Assembly: GCA_024232835.1 (NCBI GenBank)
Contig: JAAEPI010000323.1
Location: forward strand, 1-61,213
Source of the DNA: Cytophagales bacterium
GTDB taxonomy: Bacteria; Bacteroidota; Bacteroidia; Cytophagales; Cyclobacteriaceae
Reading direction: 5' to 3'
Length of the DNA: 61,213 bases
The notes beneath the pieces were generated by a model. That model searched no databases, had not been told where the DNA came from, and was given only the letters and a program-made list of their open reading frames with translations. The position numbers and the translations under genes were made by a program. Of the stretch, positions 29,647 to 38,859 are shown one piece after another. How positions within the stretch are numbered: position 1 is the first letter of the stretch; each line of letters opens with the position of its first letter.

Positions 29647-31179
29647 ATGAAAAGTATAGTCGGCAGTTTTATTGCGTTATTTCTTTGCACAGTTTTGGTC
29701 GCCCAGGATCTTCCAACGGTGACTTACGAAATTGACGCAACTCAAAATCTTGACACCTTCGCTGTGTCGTTATCATTGGATGGGAAACTTGATAAATCAG
29801 CAACGATATTCCAATTCGCCTCCACCGCACCAGGTACTTATCAAACCATGAATATTGGCCGCTATGTTAGTGACTTTAAAGCTTTTGATGCCAAGGGCAA
29901 GGAATTGACTGTAACAAAGCAATCTGTAAATCAATTTGTAATTAGTAAACCTCAAAAATTGACAAGGGTAACCTATCTGATTGCAGAGACATTTGATACT
30001 CAGGTTGACGAATATCCGATATATCTTATGTGTGGATCTTCTATTGAGAATGATCATACGTTGATCAATGCGCACACGGTAATGGGTTACTTTGAAGGGA
30101 ATCAAAAAAGTCCGATTAGAATGAGAGCAATAGGATTGGATGGATGGAATGAGGGCACGGCTTTGAGTAAAGTTGATGATTATTACATAGCCGATGATTT
30201 TGATCACGCGGTTGACTCGCCCATTTTGATGGGGAATCTAACGGGTGCAAGTACGGATGTTGCTGGCACGAAAGTAGAAATATACACGTACTCAGCGAAT
30301 GACAAATATGAGTCCAAAATACTGCTCGACAACATGGCCGACATGTTGGAGGCCACACGGAAATTTTTGATCACCTTGCCGGTAGATCGATATACTTTCC
30401 TTTACTTTTTTGAACCAACCCCTCCCGGAGTGACTGGTGCATGGGAGCATTCGTATAGTTCTGAGTATGTATTGGCTGAAGATGATCCAACACCTGACAA
30501 ATTGAGAGGAATTACAGACATTGCTTCGCATGAGTTTTTTCATATAGTCACACCGCTTAATATTCACAGCGAGGTTGTTGAGTCCTTCAATTTTGTAAAA
30601 CCAACCACATCGGTACATCTCTGGTTATACGAGGGTGTTACTGAGTGGGCTTCCAATATTATTTTGTTTAGAGGAGGAGTTATCGATGAAGATGATTATT
30701 TAACAAATGCCGTGGTTCAGAAGATTCTCGTTGACGAGAGATATTTCGATACCTCATGGAGTTTGAAGAAAATTTCGGATGAATCGTTTAATGGGGGTGA
30801 AGCAGCGAAGCAATATGGAAATATTTATTATCGAGGATCGTTGGTCGCCGGCTTGTTGGATATAAAGTTGCTTGAGCTGTCTGATGGTGAATCTGGGTTA
30901 CGGGAGCTTATGCTTGCTTTGGTGAAGAAATATGGAAAGGGCAACCCAATTTCAGAAGACACGTTCTTTGACGACTTGGCAGATATGACCTCTCCAGAGA
31001 TCAGGCCTTTCTTTGATAAGTATATTCTAGAAGTTAATCCATTACCTCATGAAGAGTATTTAGCCAAGATTGGACTTAAACTTGAGCGTGAGGAGTCAGG
31101 TAGAATATCGATCACCAAGATGGAAGAGATGACAGATCAGCAGCAGAAGCTTTACGATGCTTGGAGTATGCGTCTTTAA
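29647..31179 (+). CDS. M61-like gluzincin metallopeptidase
   Basis: 510-aa ORF with a signal peptide, HEFFH zinc motif, downstream LYEGVTEW, and a C-terminal PDZ-like region. Confidence 0.7.
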   Translation: MKSIVGSFIALFLCTVLVAQDLPTVTYEIDATQNLDTFAVSLSLDGKLDKSATIFQFASTAPGTYQTMNIGRYVSDFKAFDAKGKELTVTKQSVNQFVISKPQKLTRVTYLIAETFDTQVDEYPIYLMCGSSIENDHTLINAHTVMGYFEGNQKSPIRMRAIGLDGWNEGTALSKVDDYYIADDFDHAVDSPILMGNLTGASTDVAGTKVEIYTYSANDKYESKILLDNMADMLEATRKFLITLPVDRYTFLYFFEPTPPGVTGAWEHSYSSEYVLAEDDPTPDKLRGITDIASHEFFHIVTPLNIHSEVVESFNFVKPTTSVHLWLYEGVTEWASNIILFRGGVIDEDDYLTNAVVQKILVDERYFDTSWSLKKISDESFNGGEAAKQYGNIYYRGSLVAGLLDIKLLELSDGESGLRELMLALVKKYGKGNPISEDTFFDDLADMTSPEIRPFFDKYILEVNPLPHEEYLAKIGLKLEREESGRISITKMEEMTDQQQKLYDAWSMRL

Positions 31180-31188
31180 TCATGCAGA

Positions 31189-31462
31189 ATGAAGCTGTTA
31201 GCTTTTGTCTTTGTCCTCCTATCGCGCTCATCAATTGTCCAGTCCGATGGCAAGTCTGATATATTGAACACTGTCAATCAGGTTTTTGAGGCCATGCGAA
31301 CTAGTGATAGCACCTTGCTTAAAACTGCATTCACTTGAAAGACCAACTACTTATACAGTGTTTATGAATAGGGAAGGAGTTACTCAACTTCGATCGGATG
31401 ATTTCCAGAATTTCATTGACGCTGTAGGAGAACCTTTGACGATTGATTCGATTTTAGATTGA
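31189..31462 (+). pseudogene. NTF2-fold (lumazine-binding-like) protein, frameshifted and truncated
   Basis: Signal peptide plus ILNTVNQVFEAMRTSDSTLLKTAFT* (TGA at 31336-31338). It continues in the +1 frame as ERPTTYTVFMNREGVTQLRSDDFQNFIDAVGEP and then ends prematurely. Confidence 0.5.
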
Positions 31463-31534
31463 ACTGAATGAAGATGGTTCCAAAAGAATTGGTTTACAAT
31501 TAGCTAATCCACTTGCTTACATTTAGTAAAATGA

Positions 31535-31570
31535 AAAAGGTTGCCTGAAACATCAGGCAACCTTTTGATT
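31535..31570. terminator. bidirectional rho-independent terminator
   Basis: 11-bp stem AGGTTGCCTGA-AACA-TCAGGCAACCT flanked by an A-run and a T-run, 17 nt beyond the ssb stop. Confidence 0.65.
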
Positions 31571-31586
31571 TCAAAAGAGCAAGGAA

Positions 31587-31925
31587 CTAATCTTTCTTTC
31601 CTCCCATCATCAAGAGCTCGTTCATGTTGATCTCTGTGATGTACTTCTTCACCCCATCTTTTTCATAGGAGCGATTGTTGAGTTTACCATTCATGGCAAT
31701 TTCATTGCCTTTCTTCAAGTAGCTCTCTACTACATCTACTTTCTTACCCCACACCACGATATTGTGCCACTGGGTGTCTTCTACTTTCTCTCCTTCGTTG
31801 TTGTAATACACGTCGTTTGTGGCGAGAGAAAAGGTGGCCATTTTCTTTCCACTTTCGAATGTTCGTACTTCGGGTTCGTTACCTAATCTACCAATTAATT
31901 GTACGTTGTTTTTTAAACTTGTCAT
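31587..31925 (-). CDS. ssb: single-stranded DNA-binding protein, short form without acidic tail
   Basis: 112-aa ORF with OB-fold signature NNVQLIGRLGNEPEVRTFESGKKMATFSLATN...TQWHNIVVWGK. It ends MMGGKKD, with no D-D-D-[IL]-P-F tip. Confidence 0.85.
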   Translation of the reverse strand: MTSLKNNVQLIGRLGNEPEVRTFESGKKMATFSLATNDVYYNNEGEKVEDTQWHNIVVWGKKVDVVESYLKKGNEIAMNGKLNNRSYEKDGVKKYITEINMNELLMMGGKKD

Positions 31926-32033
31926 GATACTAAATATTAAAATGTTAATTGATTCACCTGTTGGTAGATGAATTTGTCATTTGACGAAAGCAAAGGTGGG
32001 GATGCCGCCAAACCCAACTCGGTTTTTAAATAC

Positions 32034-32068
32034 TTGTAGTCGTTTATTATCCGTTTGTAGTCGTTTAT
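32034..32068. promoter_or_regulatory. two 14-bp direct repeats TTGTAGTCGTTTAT spaced 21 bp apart
   Basis: Read directly at 32034-32047 and 32055-32068, in the divergent gap between ssb and the zinc-ribbon gene. Confidence 0.35.
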
Positions 32069-32147
32069 AATTGTTTTTATTGTTGATAATCAGTCAATTA
32101 TGAATTGTCCTACATAAGTGTTTTATTTGCATAAAATTGATAGAAAA

Positions 32148-32507
32148 ATGGAAGATGAAAGAAAATGTCCTGAATGTGGACGCTCGGTTCATGGTCGGAT
32201 AGATAAGAAATTTTGCTCTGATGCGTGCCGCAATGCCCACAACAACAAATCCAACGCATCATCAACCAATTACGTTCGCAATGTAAATAGCACCCTCGCG
32301 AAAAATCGCCGAATTCTTGTGGAGCTAAACCCGAATGGGAAAATCAAAAAGCACAAGGATCAATTGCTAAAGAAGGGCTTTGATTTTGATTTCTATACCA
32401 ACAGCTACACAACAAAAGTAGGAGATATTTATCGGTTTTGTTACGAACAGGGCTACCTGCTTCTGGATGAAGGATTTGTTCTTTTGGTGGAGCGGAATGA
32501 TAATTAG
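32148..32507 (+). CDS. zinc-ribbon protein conserved in Bacteroidota
   Basis: MEDERKCPECGRSVHGRIDKKFCSDACRNAHNN followed by a basic helix and C-terminal FCYEQGY. The start is chosen at the internal ATG of the 129-codon ORF. Confidence 0.6.
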   Translation: MEDERKCPECGRSVHGRIDKKFCSDACRNAHNNKSNASSTNYVRNVNSTLAKNRRILVELNPNGKIKKHKDQLLKKGFDFDFYTNSYTTKVGDIYRFCYEQGYLLLDEGFVLLVERNDN

Positions 32508-32608
32508 TTGGCCCACTGTTCAATTTAGAAATACATCATTAAACTATATGGTTGAATAATTAATTCGTTGTATACTTGCACTTCATTAAACCAAAAAGTT
32601 GAATAAAT

Positions 32609-32914
32609 ATGAAAGCAGTCGAAGAACAATACACAGTAAAACCTGAGTACGTAGAAAAACAAAGCCAACATCAAAAAGGTGATGGACACACTTCAGGCAT
32701 ACCCAATTCAGGCATGCATTATGCGTCCTTTACGCTAGATGATGGGGAGACTTTCGTACACATCAACATGGCCACAGATGACGAAACTATGGGCAAACTT
32801 CAGGAAGTTGAGGAGTTCAATTTGTTCCGAACAGCATTGAAGGCTAGCGAACCAGTCTCTCCTCCGAAATCAGAAAGCCTGAATTTAGTAGCCGCAGGAT
32901 TTGAGCTTGATTAA
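32609..32914 (+). CDS. hypothetical protein, possibly ABM (ferredoxin-like) fold
   Basis: 101-aa ORF abutting the ArsR gene (stop 32914, ATG 32915). HYASFTLDDGETFVHI...EEFNLFRTAL resembles small monooxygenase-like proteins. Confidence 0.4.
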   Translation: MKAVEEQYTVKPEYVEKQSQHQKGDGHTSGIPNSGMHYASFTLDDGETFVHINMATDDETMGKLQEVEEFNLFRTALKASEPVSPPKSESLNLVAAGFELD

Positions 32915-33244
32915 ATGAGCGGTTCCACAGAAACCAATCTTGTGTTTTCAGCTCTGGCTGACAAGTCGAGGAGACAAATTGTAGAACTACTTCACACGAA
33001 AGACTCCTCTATTGTAGAACTCACTCAGTCCTTTGATATGTCTTTTCAGGCAATTAGTAAGCATGTCAGAATTTTGGAAAACGCTGCGATTTTAAAAAAG
33101 CGAAAGCAAGGAAAGTTCATGATATGTTCGCTGAATCATCAGGCGCTTACCGATTCTCTGAAATGGATTTCTTATTATTCTAATTTCTGGAACGAATCTT
33201 TTAATAAATTAGAAGGCCTTATTAAGAAGCAGAAAAATGATTGA
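32915..33244 (+). CDS. ArsR/SmtB family transcriptional regulator
   Basis: 109-aa ORF. ALADKSRRQIVELL plus a winged-helix recognition segment FQAISKHVRILENAAILKKRKQGKF. Confidence 0.85.
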   Translation: MSGSTETNLVFSALADKSRRQIVELLHTKDSSIVELTQSFDMSFQAISKHVRILENAAILKKRKQGKFMICSLNHQALTDSLKWISYYSNFWNESFNKLEGLIKKQKND

Positions 33245-33679
33245 AGGAAACAAAGTTTATGTAAACAGGACCTTCTCTTGTGGAGCGAACCATTTGTTCA
33301 AAATTGGCTTACGGACCCTAGTCAATGATGCAATGGTTTGGCCCTGAGGGGTTTGTTGTGGGAGATATTGCCAGAGACTTTGTCGTCGGTGGAGCCTATC
33401 GAATTGAGCTAAAAAAGGAACTGGCCACTTCATTCACAGTGGTGGGTGAATACACTGAAATAGACAGACTCAGGGCATTGAACTCCACCTATTCCTATGT
33501 TGGGTTGAGTACACCGCCACCTCCGAGCGTGGTTAGGATTTCTTTGCTTGCAAATTGTAGACGAAGAAACCACAGCGCTCAAGTTGATGCAGGAATTTGA
33601 AAATCCAAGTCACGATATGGAAACTCGTACGGTGGTCTGGAACTTTATGATGGATAGATTGACAAGTCTATTGCCTTGA
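33237..33679 (+). pseudogene. SRPBCC (AHSA1/START-like) protein with at least three frameshifts
   Basis: Family-like pieces lie in different frames: MIEGNKVYVNRTFS / WSEPFVQNWLTDPSQ / MMQWFGPEGFVVGDIARDFVVGGAYRIELK...TEIDRLRALNSTYSY / VDEETTALKLMQEFENPSHDMETRTVVWNFMMDRLTSLLP*. Confidence 0.65.
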
Positions 33680-33682
33680 ATT

Positions 33683-34213
33683 TTATTCCAGACTCTTCTG
33701 AACCATTCTCGTAATAGACTCTTCACGATTGTAAAAATCTTCCACTTCCTCCAATTTGATCCATCTCAGATCTATGGACTCATGATTTTTTTGGATTTCT
33801 TCTGGATTGGTGGATATAAACAAGAACCGAACATCATAATGCAGATGCTCGGGAATATCTTTTTTCTGTGGAATTGTATGAATGTCAAGGTCAAAAATCT
33901 CATTATTTGCTTTGAAGTGTACAAGACCGGTTTCTTCGTTTAGCTCCTTTTTAGCCACATTCAGTAAATCCTCATCACCATCTGCATGCCCACCTGGTTG
34001 CAACCACTTATCCAGTTTTTTGTGATGCATTAGTAGCACCTTCCCAGAGCCATCAAGTACCCAACAAGAGGCGGTGAGATGCCCAGCAAGTCTGGATCGA
34101 AGAAAGCAATCTTCGTCCTCTAATAATCCCAATAATTCGGATTTGTTTAGTTCTTCATTTTCAAAAGTGGAGGTGTAATTTTGAATGGATCTAATGAGGG
34201 AAGATTTGCTCAT
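33683..34213 (-). CDS. NUDIX hydrolase
   Basis: 176-aa ORF with NUDIX box GGHADGDEDLLNVAKKELNEETG. Confidence 0.8.
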   Translation of the reverse strand: MSKSSLIRSIQNYTSTFENEELNKSELLGLLEDEDCFLRSRLAGHLTASCWVLDGSGKVLLMHHKKLDKWLQPGGHADGDEDLLNVAKKELNEETGLVHFKANNEIFDLDIHTIPQKKDIPEHLHYDVRFLFISTNPEEIQKNHESIDLRWIKLEEVEDFYNREESITRMVQKSLE

Positions 34214-34911
34214 TCCTCCTTCCCAAACAACTTCACAAGTGACACTAAGTGACTAAATAACACAGCAGGAACAACGAGCAATGGAAGCCAAACGAAAGGC
34301 ACATAAAATACCGCTGCATTCACCAACTCGGTACCTGAACCATCATAGAAATAGGGTGTAAATGAGATAGCTCTCACTACGATATTTATAAGCAGTCCCA
34401 GACAAATGAGGTTCCAGGCAATCGCACCGAACTTGTTGCTACTCTTTTTCCCAACTAAGAATACTCCAGCAAAAGGTGCAGTAATTCCGGCAAGGATGTC
34501 ATAATTGGCTCCCTCAAAGGTCATTTCTTCAGCCACAAGTTCAGCCTTAAACAGCCACCAAAGACAAATTTCGACGGGTACCCTCACTATATGGATATAG
34601 GTCAATGTGGTGATTGGCATTTTCTTTACAAAGGCCCTTGTGTTAGGCATTATCAAAAGAACAAGAATGAGAATGATCGTGGGCGCCACGAAAAGCATGA
34701 GTTTAGGTGGCAGGGAATAGTCCAGGAAAAATCCTTTGTATGTAAGAACCCCTGTCAGAAACAACCAGCCCATAAGAGCTGTTACTGTCCAGGTGCTACC
34801 AAATCGCTTGGGCGTTTTGAATGCACGATAGCTAGCGTAAAACAGGAAACCAAAAACGGTGAAAACAACAGCGGTGAAAACTAAACTGATGTGGATGGGA
34901 AGATTCTCCAT
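34210..34911 (-). CDS. integral membrane protein, unknown function
   Basis: 233-aa ORF with about seven predicted TM helices. It overlaps the downstream NUDIX gene by 4 nt. Confidence 0.6.
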   Translation of the reverse strand: MENLPIHISLVFTAVVFTVFGFLFYASYRAFKTPKRFGSTWTVTALMGWLFLTGVLTYKGFFLDYSLPPKLMLFVAPTIILILVLLIMPNTRAFVKKMPITTLTYIHIVRVPVEICLWWLFKAELVAEEMTFEGANYDILAGITAPFAGVFLVGKKSSNKFGAIAWNLICLGLLINIVVRAISFTPYFYDGSGTELVNAAVFYVPFVWLPLLVVPAVLFSHLVSLVKLFGKEE

Positions 34912-35026
34912 GGTAGTGATAGATTAGTAGCAAGATAATTGATCGTATGGAATTTGTGAATTAGTTGATGGGTGAATTGACAGTTGGTATTTGGTAATTG
35001 GTCTACGGTATTTGATCTTTGATCTA

Positions 35027-35665
35027 ATGGATTTAGACGCTCTCGTACATTTCCTTAAAGCTCGACTCACTGAACCCATGCCCGGAATGGATGCGAGTAT
35101 GGAGATGTTTCCTTCCTTGGTTAACGGTGAGCGTATTAAGATAAAGCACGATGATAATGCCAAAGAAGCAGCAGTGATAATTCTACTATACCAAGATGGG
35201 GATACCGTACGATTCCCCATAATTCAGCGCCCAATTTATCCAGGAGTTCATAGTGGACAAATGGCATTGCCTGGGGGCAAGAGTGAAGAGACCGATAGGG
35301 ATTTAATTGAGACAGCTCTTCGGGAAATGGAAGAAGAGATTGGGGTGCCTGCCGAAGACGTGGACGTAATCGGCAGCTTGTCGTCTTTTTTTGTGGCAGT
35401 GAGTAATTTCCAAATACTACCGGTAATTGGCTTAATTCGCAATCAGCCAGAATACATACCTCAGGAAAGTGAAGTAGCAGATATCATTTCGGCAGATGTG
35501 AGCCATTTGATGTCCGATGACTACCTCAAAGAAAAGGAGATGGTGGTCACTGGAGGAGTGACGCTACGATCACCGTATTTTGATTTAGAAGGACGCACAG
35601 TTTGGGGAGCTACATCCATGATGCTCAATGAGTTTAAAGCAATTCTTAAGGAATTTGACACTTGA
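35027..35665 (+). CDS. CoA pyrophosphatase-type NUDIX hydrolase
   Basis: NUDIX box PGGKSEETDRDLIETALREMEEEIG, preceded by AAVIILLY. The first ATG of the 224-codon TTG-initiated ORF is used as the start. Confidence 0.8.
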   Translation: MDLDALVHFLKARLTEPMPGMDASMEMFPSLVNGERIKIKHDDNAKEAAVIILLYQDGDTVRFPIIQRPIYPGVHSGQMALPGGKSEETDRDLIETALREMEEEIGVPAEDVDVIGSLSSFFVAVSNFQILPVIGLIRNQPEYIPQESEVADIISADVSHLMSDDYLKEKEMVVTGGVTLRSPYFDLEGRTVWGATSMMLNEFKAILKEFDT

Positions 35666-35670
35666 AAAAC

Positions 35671-35678
35671 TATTTTTG
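35671..35678 (+). promoter_or_regulatory. Bacteroidota -7 promoter box (TAnnTTTG)
   Basis: TATTTTTG lies 5 nt upstream of the MNT gene ATG, which would imply a near-leaderless transcript. Confidence 0.35.
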
Positions 35679-35683
35679 CACAA

Positions 35684-35995
35684 ATGATACATCCTAATTT
35701 TCATGCGAGCCTTCCATCATTGATTGAAATACTAGATCGAAATAAAGTCGTTGCGGCTTATCTTTTTGGATCAGTGGTATCGGAAACATTCAATGCTGAA
35801 AGCGATGTTGATTTGCTGATCCGGTTTAATGGTGAAGTGTCAGACCCGTTGGAGAGAGGTGAACTTTGGTGGACTCTTCATGACGAGTTGAGAGAAAAAT
35901 TAAATAGAGAAATTGATCTTTTAACTGAGAAATCTTTAAAGAATCCATATCTCATAAAAGAAATAGATAATACAAAGGTGAAAGTTCATGGATGA
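35684..35995 (+). CDS. nucleotidyltransferase (MNT) antitoxin of a HEPN/MNT pair
   Basis: 103-aa ORF with LFGSVVSETFNAESDVDLLI (GS-x10-D-x-D). Confidence 0.85.
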   Translation: MIHPNFHASLPSLIEILDRNKVVAAYLFGSVVSETFNAESDVDLLIRFNGEVSDPLERGELWWTLHDELREKLNREIDLLTEKSLKNPYLIKEIDNTKVKVHG

Positions 35996-36323
35996 GAAGA
36001 TCCAAAAATTGATCTATGATATGCTTCAGGCTATTCTGCGTATTGAAGATTTTATTGGTGAGGAGCGAGTTTTCCTATCGTACGCTGCTGATATTATGCT
36101 CCAGCAAGCGGTTGAACGAAATTTAGAAATTATTGGAGAGGCCATGAGTCAGGACCTGAAGTTATCACCTAGTTTTCAGGTGTCCAATGCCCGTCGGATT
36201 GTTGATGCAAGAAATAAAATAATCCACGGGTATGATGAAATTGAGCCCGAGAATATTTGGAGTATAGTAATTAATCACCTCCCCAAACTGAAGAATGAAT
36301 TGACAGACTTACTTCAGGCATAG
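35988..36323 (+). CDS. HepT-like HEPN ribonuclease toxin (DUF86)
   Basis: 111-aa ORF with R-x4-H motif ARNKIIHGYD. It overlaps the MNT gene by 8 nt. Confidence 0.85.
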   Translation: MDEKIQKLIYDMLQAILRIEDFIGEERVFLSYAADIMLQQAVERNLEIIGEAMSQDLKLSPSFQVSNARRIVDARNKIIHGYDEIEPENIWSIVINHLPKLKNELTDLLQA

Positions 36324-36360
36324 TCTGATTTCACCCTAGACCATCAACTCAAAACAATCG

Positions 36361-37605
36361 ATGAACGAACCCTTAATCACCAACGACGCAACCATTTTCG
36401 GAATATTGATTCTGATTCTTGGTCTTATATTTTACACCTCAAATTTAGATCAGCCATTTTGGAAGAAGCTATACACGTTCATTCCGATGCTTTTACTGTG
36501 TTATTTCGTGCCGTCATTATTGAACACATTCAATATTGTAGAAGTGGAGGATTCGAAGCTCTACTTTGTTGCTTCTCGATATTTGCTTCCGGCTAGTTTG
36601 GTTCTGCTTACGCTAAGTATAGATTTAAAAGAAATAGCTCGTTTGGGACCTAAAGCAATCATTATGTTCCTAACGGGTACAGTCGGGGTAGTCGTAGGTG
36701 GGCCACTTGCTATTCTAATTACCTCGACATTTGCTCCGGAGATTGTTGGTGGAGCAGGACCAGAAGCTGTCTGGAGAGGGATGTCAACTGTGGCAGGAAG
36801 TTGGATTGGTGGTGGAGCCAATCAAGCAGCGATGTACGAAATTTTCAATCCCTCTGATTCTCTGTATTCCATTATGATCACTGTGGATGTGATTGTGGCA
36901 GAAATTTGGATGTTGTTTCTTTTACTTGGAGTAGGCAAAGCAGCACAGATTGACAAATTCTTTAAGGCAGATGCTAGCGCGGTTAACCACCTGCAGGAGA
37001 AAATGGAAAAATTTAGTCTAGGTATTGCCAGGATTCCGTCTACAACGGACTTGTTTGTTATCCTCGCGTTGTGTTTTGGAGCCGTAGGACTCTCTCATTG
37101 GATGGCTGACGGGATAGCACCCTTTATAACAGAAAATGCACCTGCACTTAAAAAATTAAGTCTGGATTCAAAGTTCTTCTGGCTTATTGTCCTAGCAACC
37201 ACTTTTGGATTGATTCTCTCATTTACCAAGGCAAGAAACTATGAAGGTGCTGGTGCTTCGAAGATTGGTACTGTATGCATTTTCATATTAGTAGCTACTA
37301 TTGGAATGAAAATGGACATAGCCGCTATTGCCTCTAATCCTGGTATATTTGGAGTTGGCCTTATTTGGATGGCTATACATGTCGTCCTTCTCCTCATTGT
37401 TGGTAAAATCATACGAGCCCCATACTTCTTGCTGGCTGTAGGAAGCAAAGCAAATATTGGAGGTGCGGCATCTGCGCCAGTTGTTGCTGCTGCGTTTCAC
37501 CCATCATTGGCTCCAGTTGGTGTGCTGCTTGCTGTCCTTGGTTATGCGCTAGGTACCTATGGAGCCTACATTTGTGCACTATTGATGCAGATGGTATCCC
37601 AGTAA
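36361..37605 (+). CDS. DUF819 family membrane protein
   Basis: 414-aa polytopic membrane ORF with SWIGGGANQAAM and ANIGGAASAPVVA motifs, recalled from DUF819. Confidence 0.7.
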   Translation: MNEPLITNDATIFGILILILGLIFYTSNLDQPFWKKLYTFIPMLLLCYFVPSLLNTFNIVEVEDSKLYFVASRYLLPASLVLLTLSIDLKEIARLGPKAIIMFLTGTVGVVVGGPLAILITSTFAPEIVGGAGPEAVWRGMSTVAGSWIGGGANQAAMYEIFNPSDSLYSIMITVDVIVAEIWMLFLLLGVGKAAQIDKFFKADASAVNHLQEKMEKFSLGIARIPSTTDLFVILALCFGAVGLSHWMADGIAPFITENAPALKKLSLDSKFFWLIVLATTFGLILSFTKARNYEGAGASKIGTVCIFILVATIGMKMDIAAIASNPGIFGVGLIWMAIHVVLLLIVGKIIRAPYFLLAVGSKANIGGAASAPVVAAAFHPSLAPVGVLLAVLGYALGTYGAYICALLMQMVSQ

Positions 37606-38243
37606 TGGAAAAACACATTGATGTTTCTATTAAAGCGCCATATTACACGCTTAATAAGTTAACAGAAAAGACAGAGACCATATGGTTGGTCTGTCACGGA
37701 TCCGGTCAATTGGCTCAATACTTCATGAAGAAGTTCGAGGGGTTGGACAAGGAAACCAATTTCATCATTGCACCTCAGGGACTTTCTAAATTCTATCTAG
37801 GAGAAAATAATTTCACCGGAAGAGTAGGAGCCACCTGGATGACGAAAGAGGATCGATTGACAGAGATAGACAATCAACAAATTATGCTCAATGCCATCTG
37901 GGAAAATGAGGTTGGAGAAATCGGAAACAAGAAGATCATTTTCTTTGGATTCTCACAAGGGACGAATACGATTAGCCGATTTGCGGCATTTTCTAAAATT
38001 CGATTTGACAAGCTCATTCTTTGGGTAGGCGGATTTCCTCCAGACATTCCATCAGGAAGCTTTGATCATCTAGTTGGGGAAGAAGAGGTTCAATTTTTTA
38101 TTGGAAATGAAGATCCGTTCGTCAAGCCTGAGATGCTGGATGAGCAAAGCGAATTGGTCAGTACCTCAATGGGAATAGCTCCTGAATTAACAATGTTTGA
38201 TGGTGGGCATGTAGTGATGCCAGAGTTGTTGGAGGGGATTTGA
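37605..38243 (+). CDS. alpha/beta hydrolase (phospholipase/carboxylesterase-like)
   Basis: GFSQG nucleophile elbow (FFGFSQGTN) and C-terminal GGH. The ATG overlaps the upstream TAA by 1 nt (TAATG). Confidence 0.7.
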   Translation: MEKHIDVSIKAPYYTLNKLTEKTETIWLVCHGSGQLAQYFMKKFEGLDKETNFIIAPQGLSKFYLGENNFTGRVGATWMTKEDRLTEIDNQQIMLNAIWENEVGEIGNKKIIFFGFSQGTNTISRFAAFSKIRFDKLILWVGGFPPDIPSGSFDHLVGEEEVQFFIGNEDPFVKPEMLDEQSELVSTSMGIAPELTMFDGGHVVMPELLEGI

Positions 38244-38416
38244 AATTTAAATTATGGTTCTCTAATTTTTTAGCTATCTACCTTCACAATCACCCGTACA
38301 ATCTTCATCGTCATTACACTCACGATGGTGACTTTTCGGAGTATTTTCTGCGATTGGGTAAGGATTGCTGATTAGTTTGAGGTTCGAGATTATCTTAGCA
38401 AACAAATTTGGTTAGG

Positions 38417-38854
38417 ATGGATGAAAAATCGGACATACGGTGGATTCAACGAATGGCTAATTATGAAAAAGCCTTAGCTCAATTAAAGAAGGCTGTGGAA
38501 AAAGCCGAAGAAGAGGAGCTGTCTGACCTGGAGGAGCAGGGATTGATCCAGTCGTTTGAGTACACGCATGAGTTGGCCTGGAGCGTAATGAAGGATTACT
38601 TTGAATATCAGGGGAATACGGAAATCACAGGATCCAGGGATGCTATAAGAGAAGCTTTCAATAGGGGCTTGATTAAGAACGGTGATACATGGATGGACAC
38701 GATCAATAGCCGAAATAAAACGAGCCATACGTACAATGAGGAGACTGCAGAGGAAATTGCCACGGCCATTGTAGAGGACTACTATTTGATATTTGAGGAG
38801 TTTCGAAAGAAAATGAACGAAATCAGATTTGGTGAACAGGGTACAGTACTTTAG
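38417..38854 (+). CDS. HI0074-family nucleotidyltransferase substrate-binding protein (HEPN)
   Basis: R-x4-H motif SRNKTSHTYNEE and the typical F.kAL..L N-terminus. The first ATG of the TTG-initiated ORF is used. Confidence 0.85.
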   Translation: MDEKSDIRWIQRMANYEKALAQLKKAVEKAEEEELSDLEEQGLIQSFEYTHELAWSVMKDYFEYQGNTEITGSRDAIREAFNRGLIKNGDTWMDTINSRNKTSHTYNEETAEEIATAIVEDYYLIFEEFRKKMNEIRFGEQGTVL

Positions 38855-38859
38855 TTCTT

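Noticed and set aside
38274-38405. Cys-rich mini-ORF on the minus strand (…HHRECNDDEDCTGDCEGR*) between the esterase and the HI0074 gene
   Set aside because: There is no ATG, only a TTG. It has no signal or leader motif and no supporting context, so it is probably chance.
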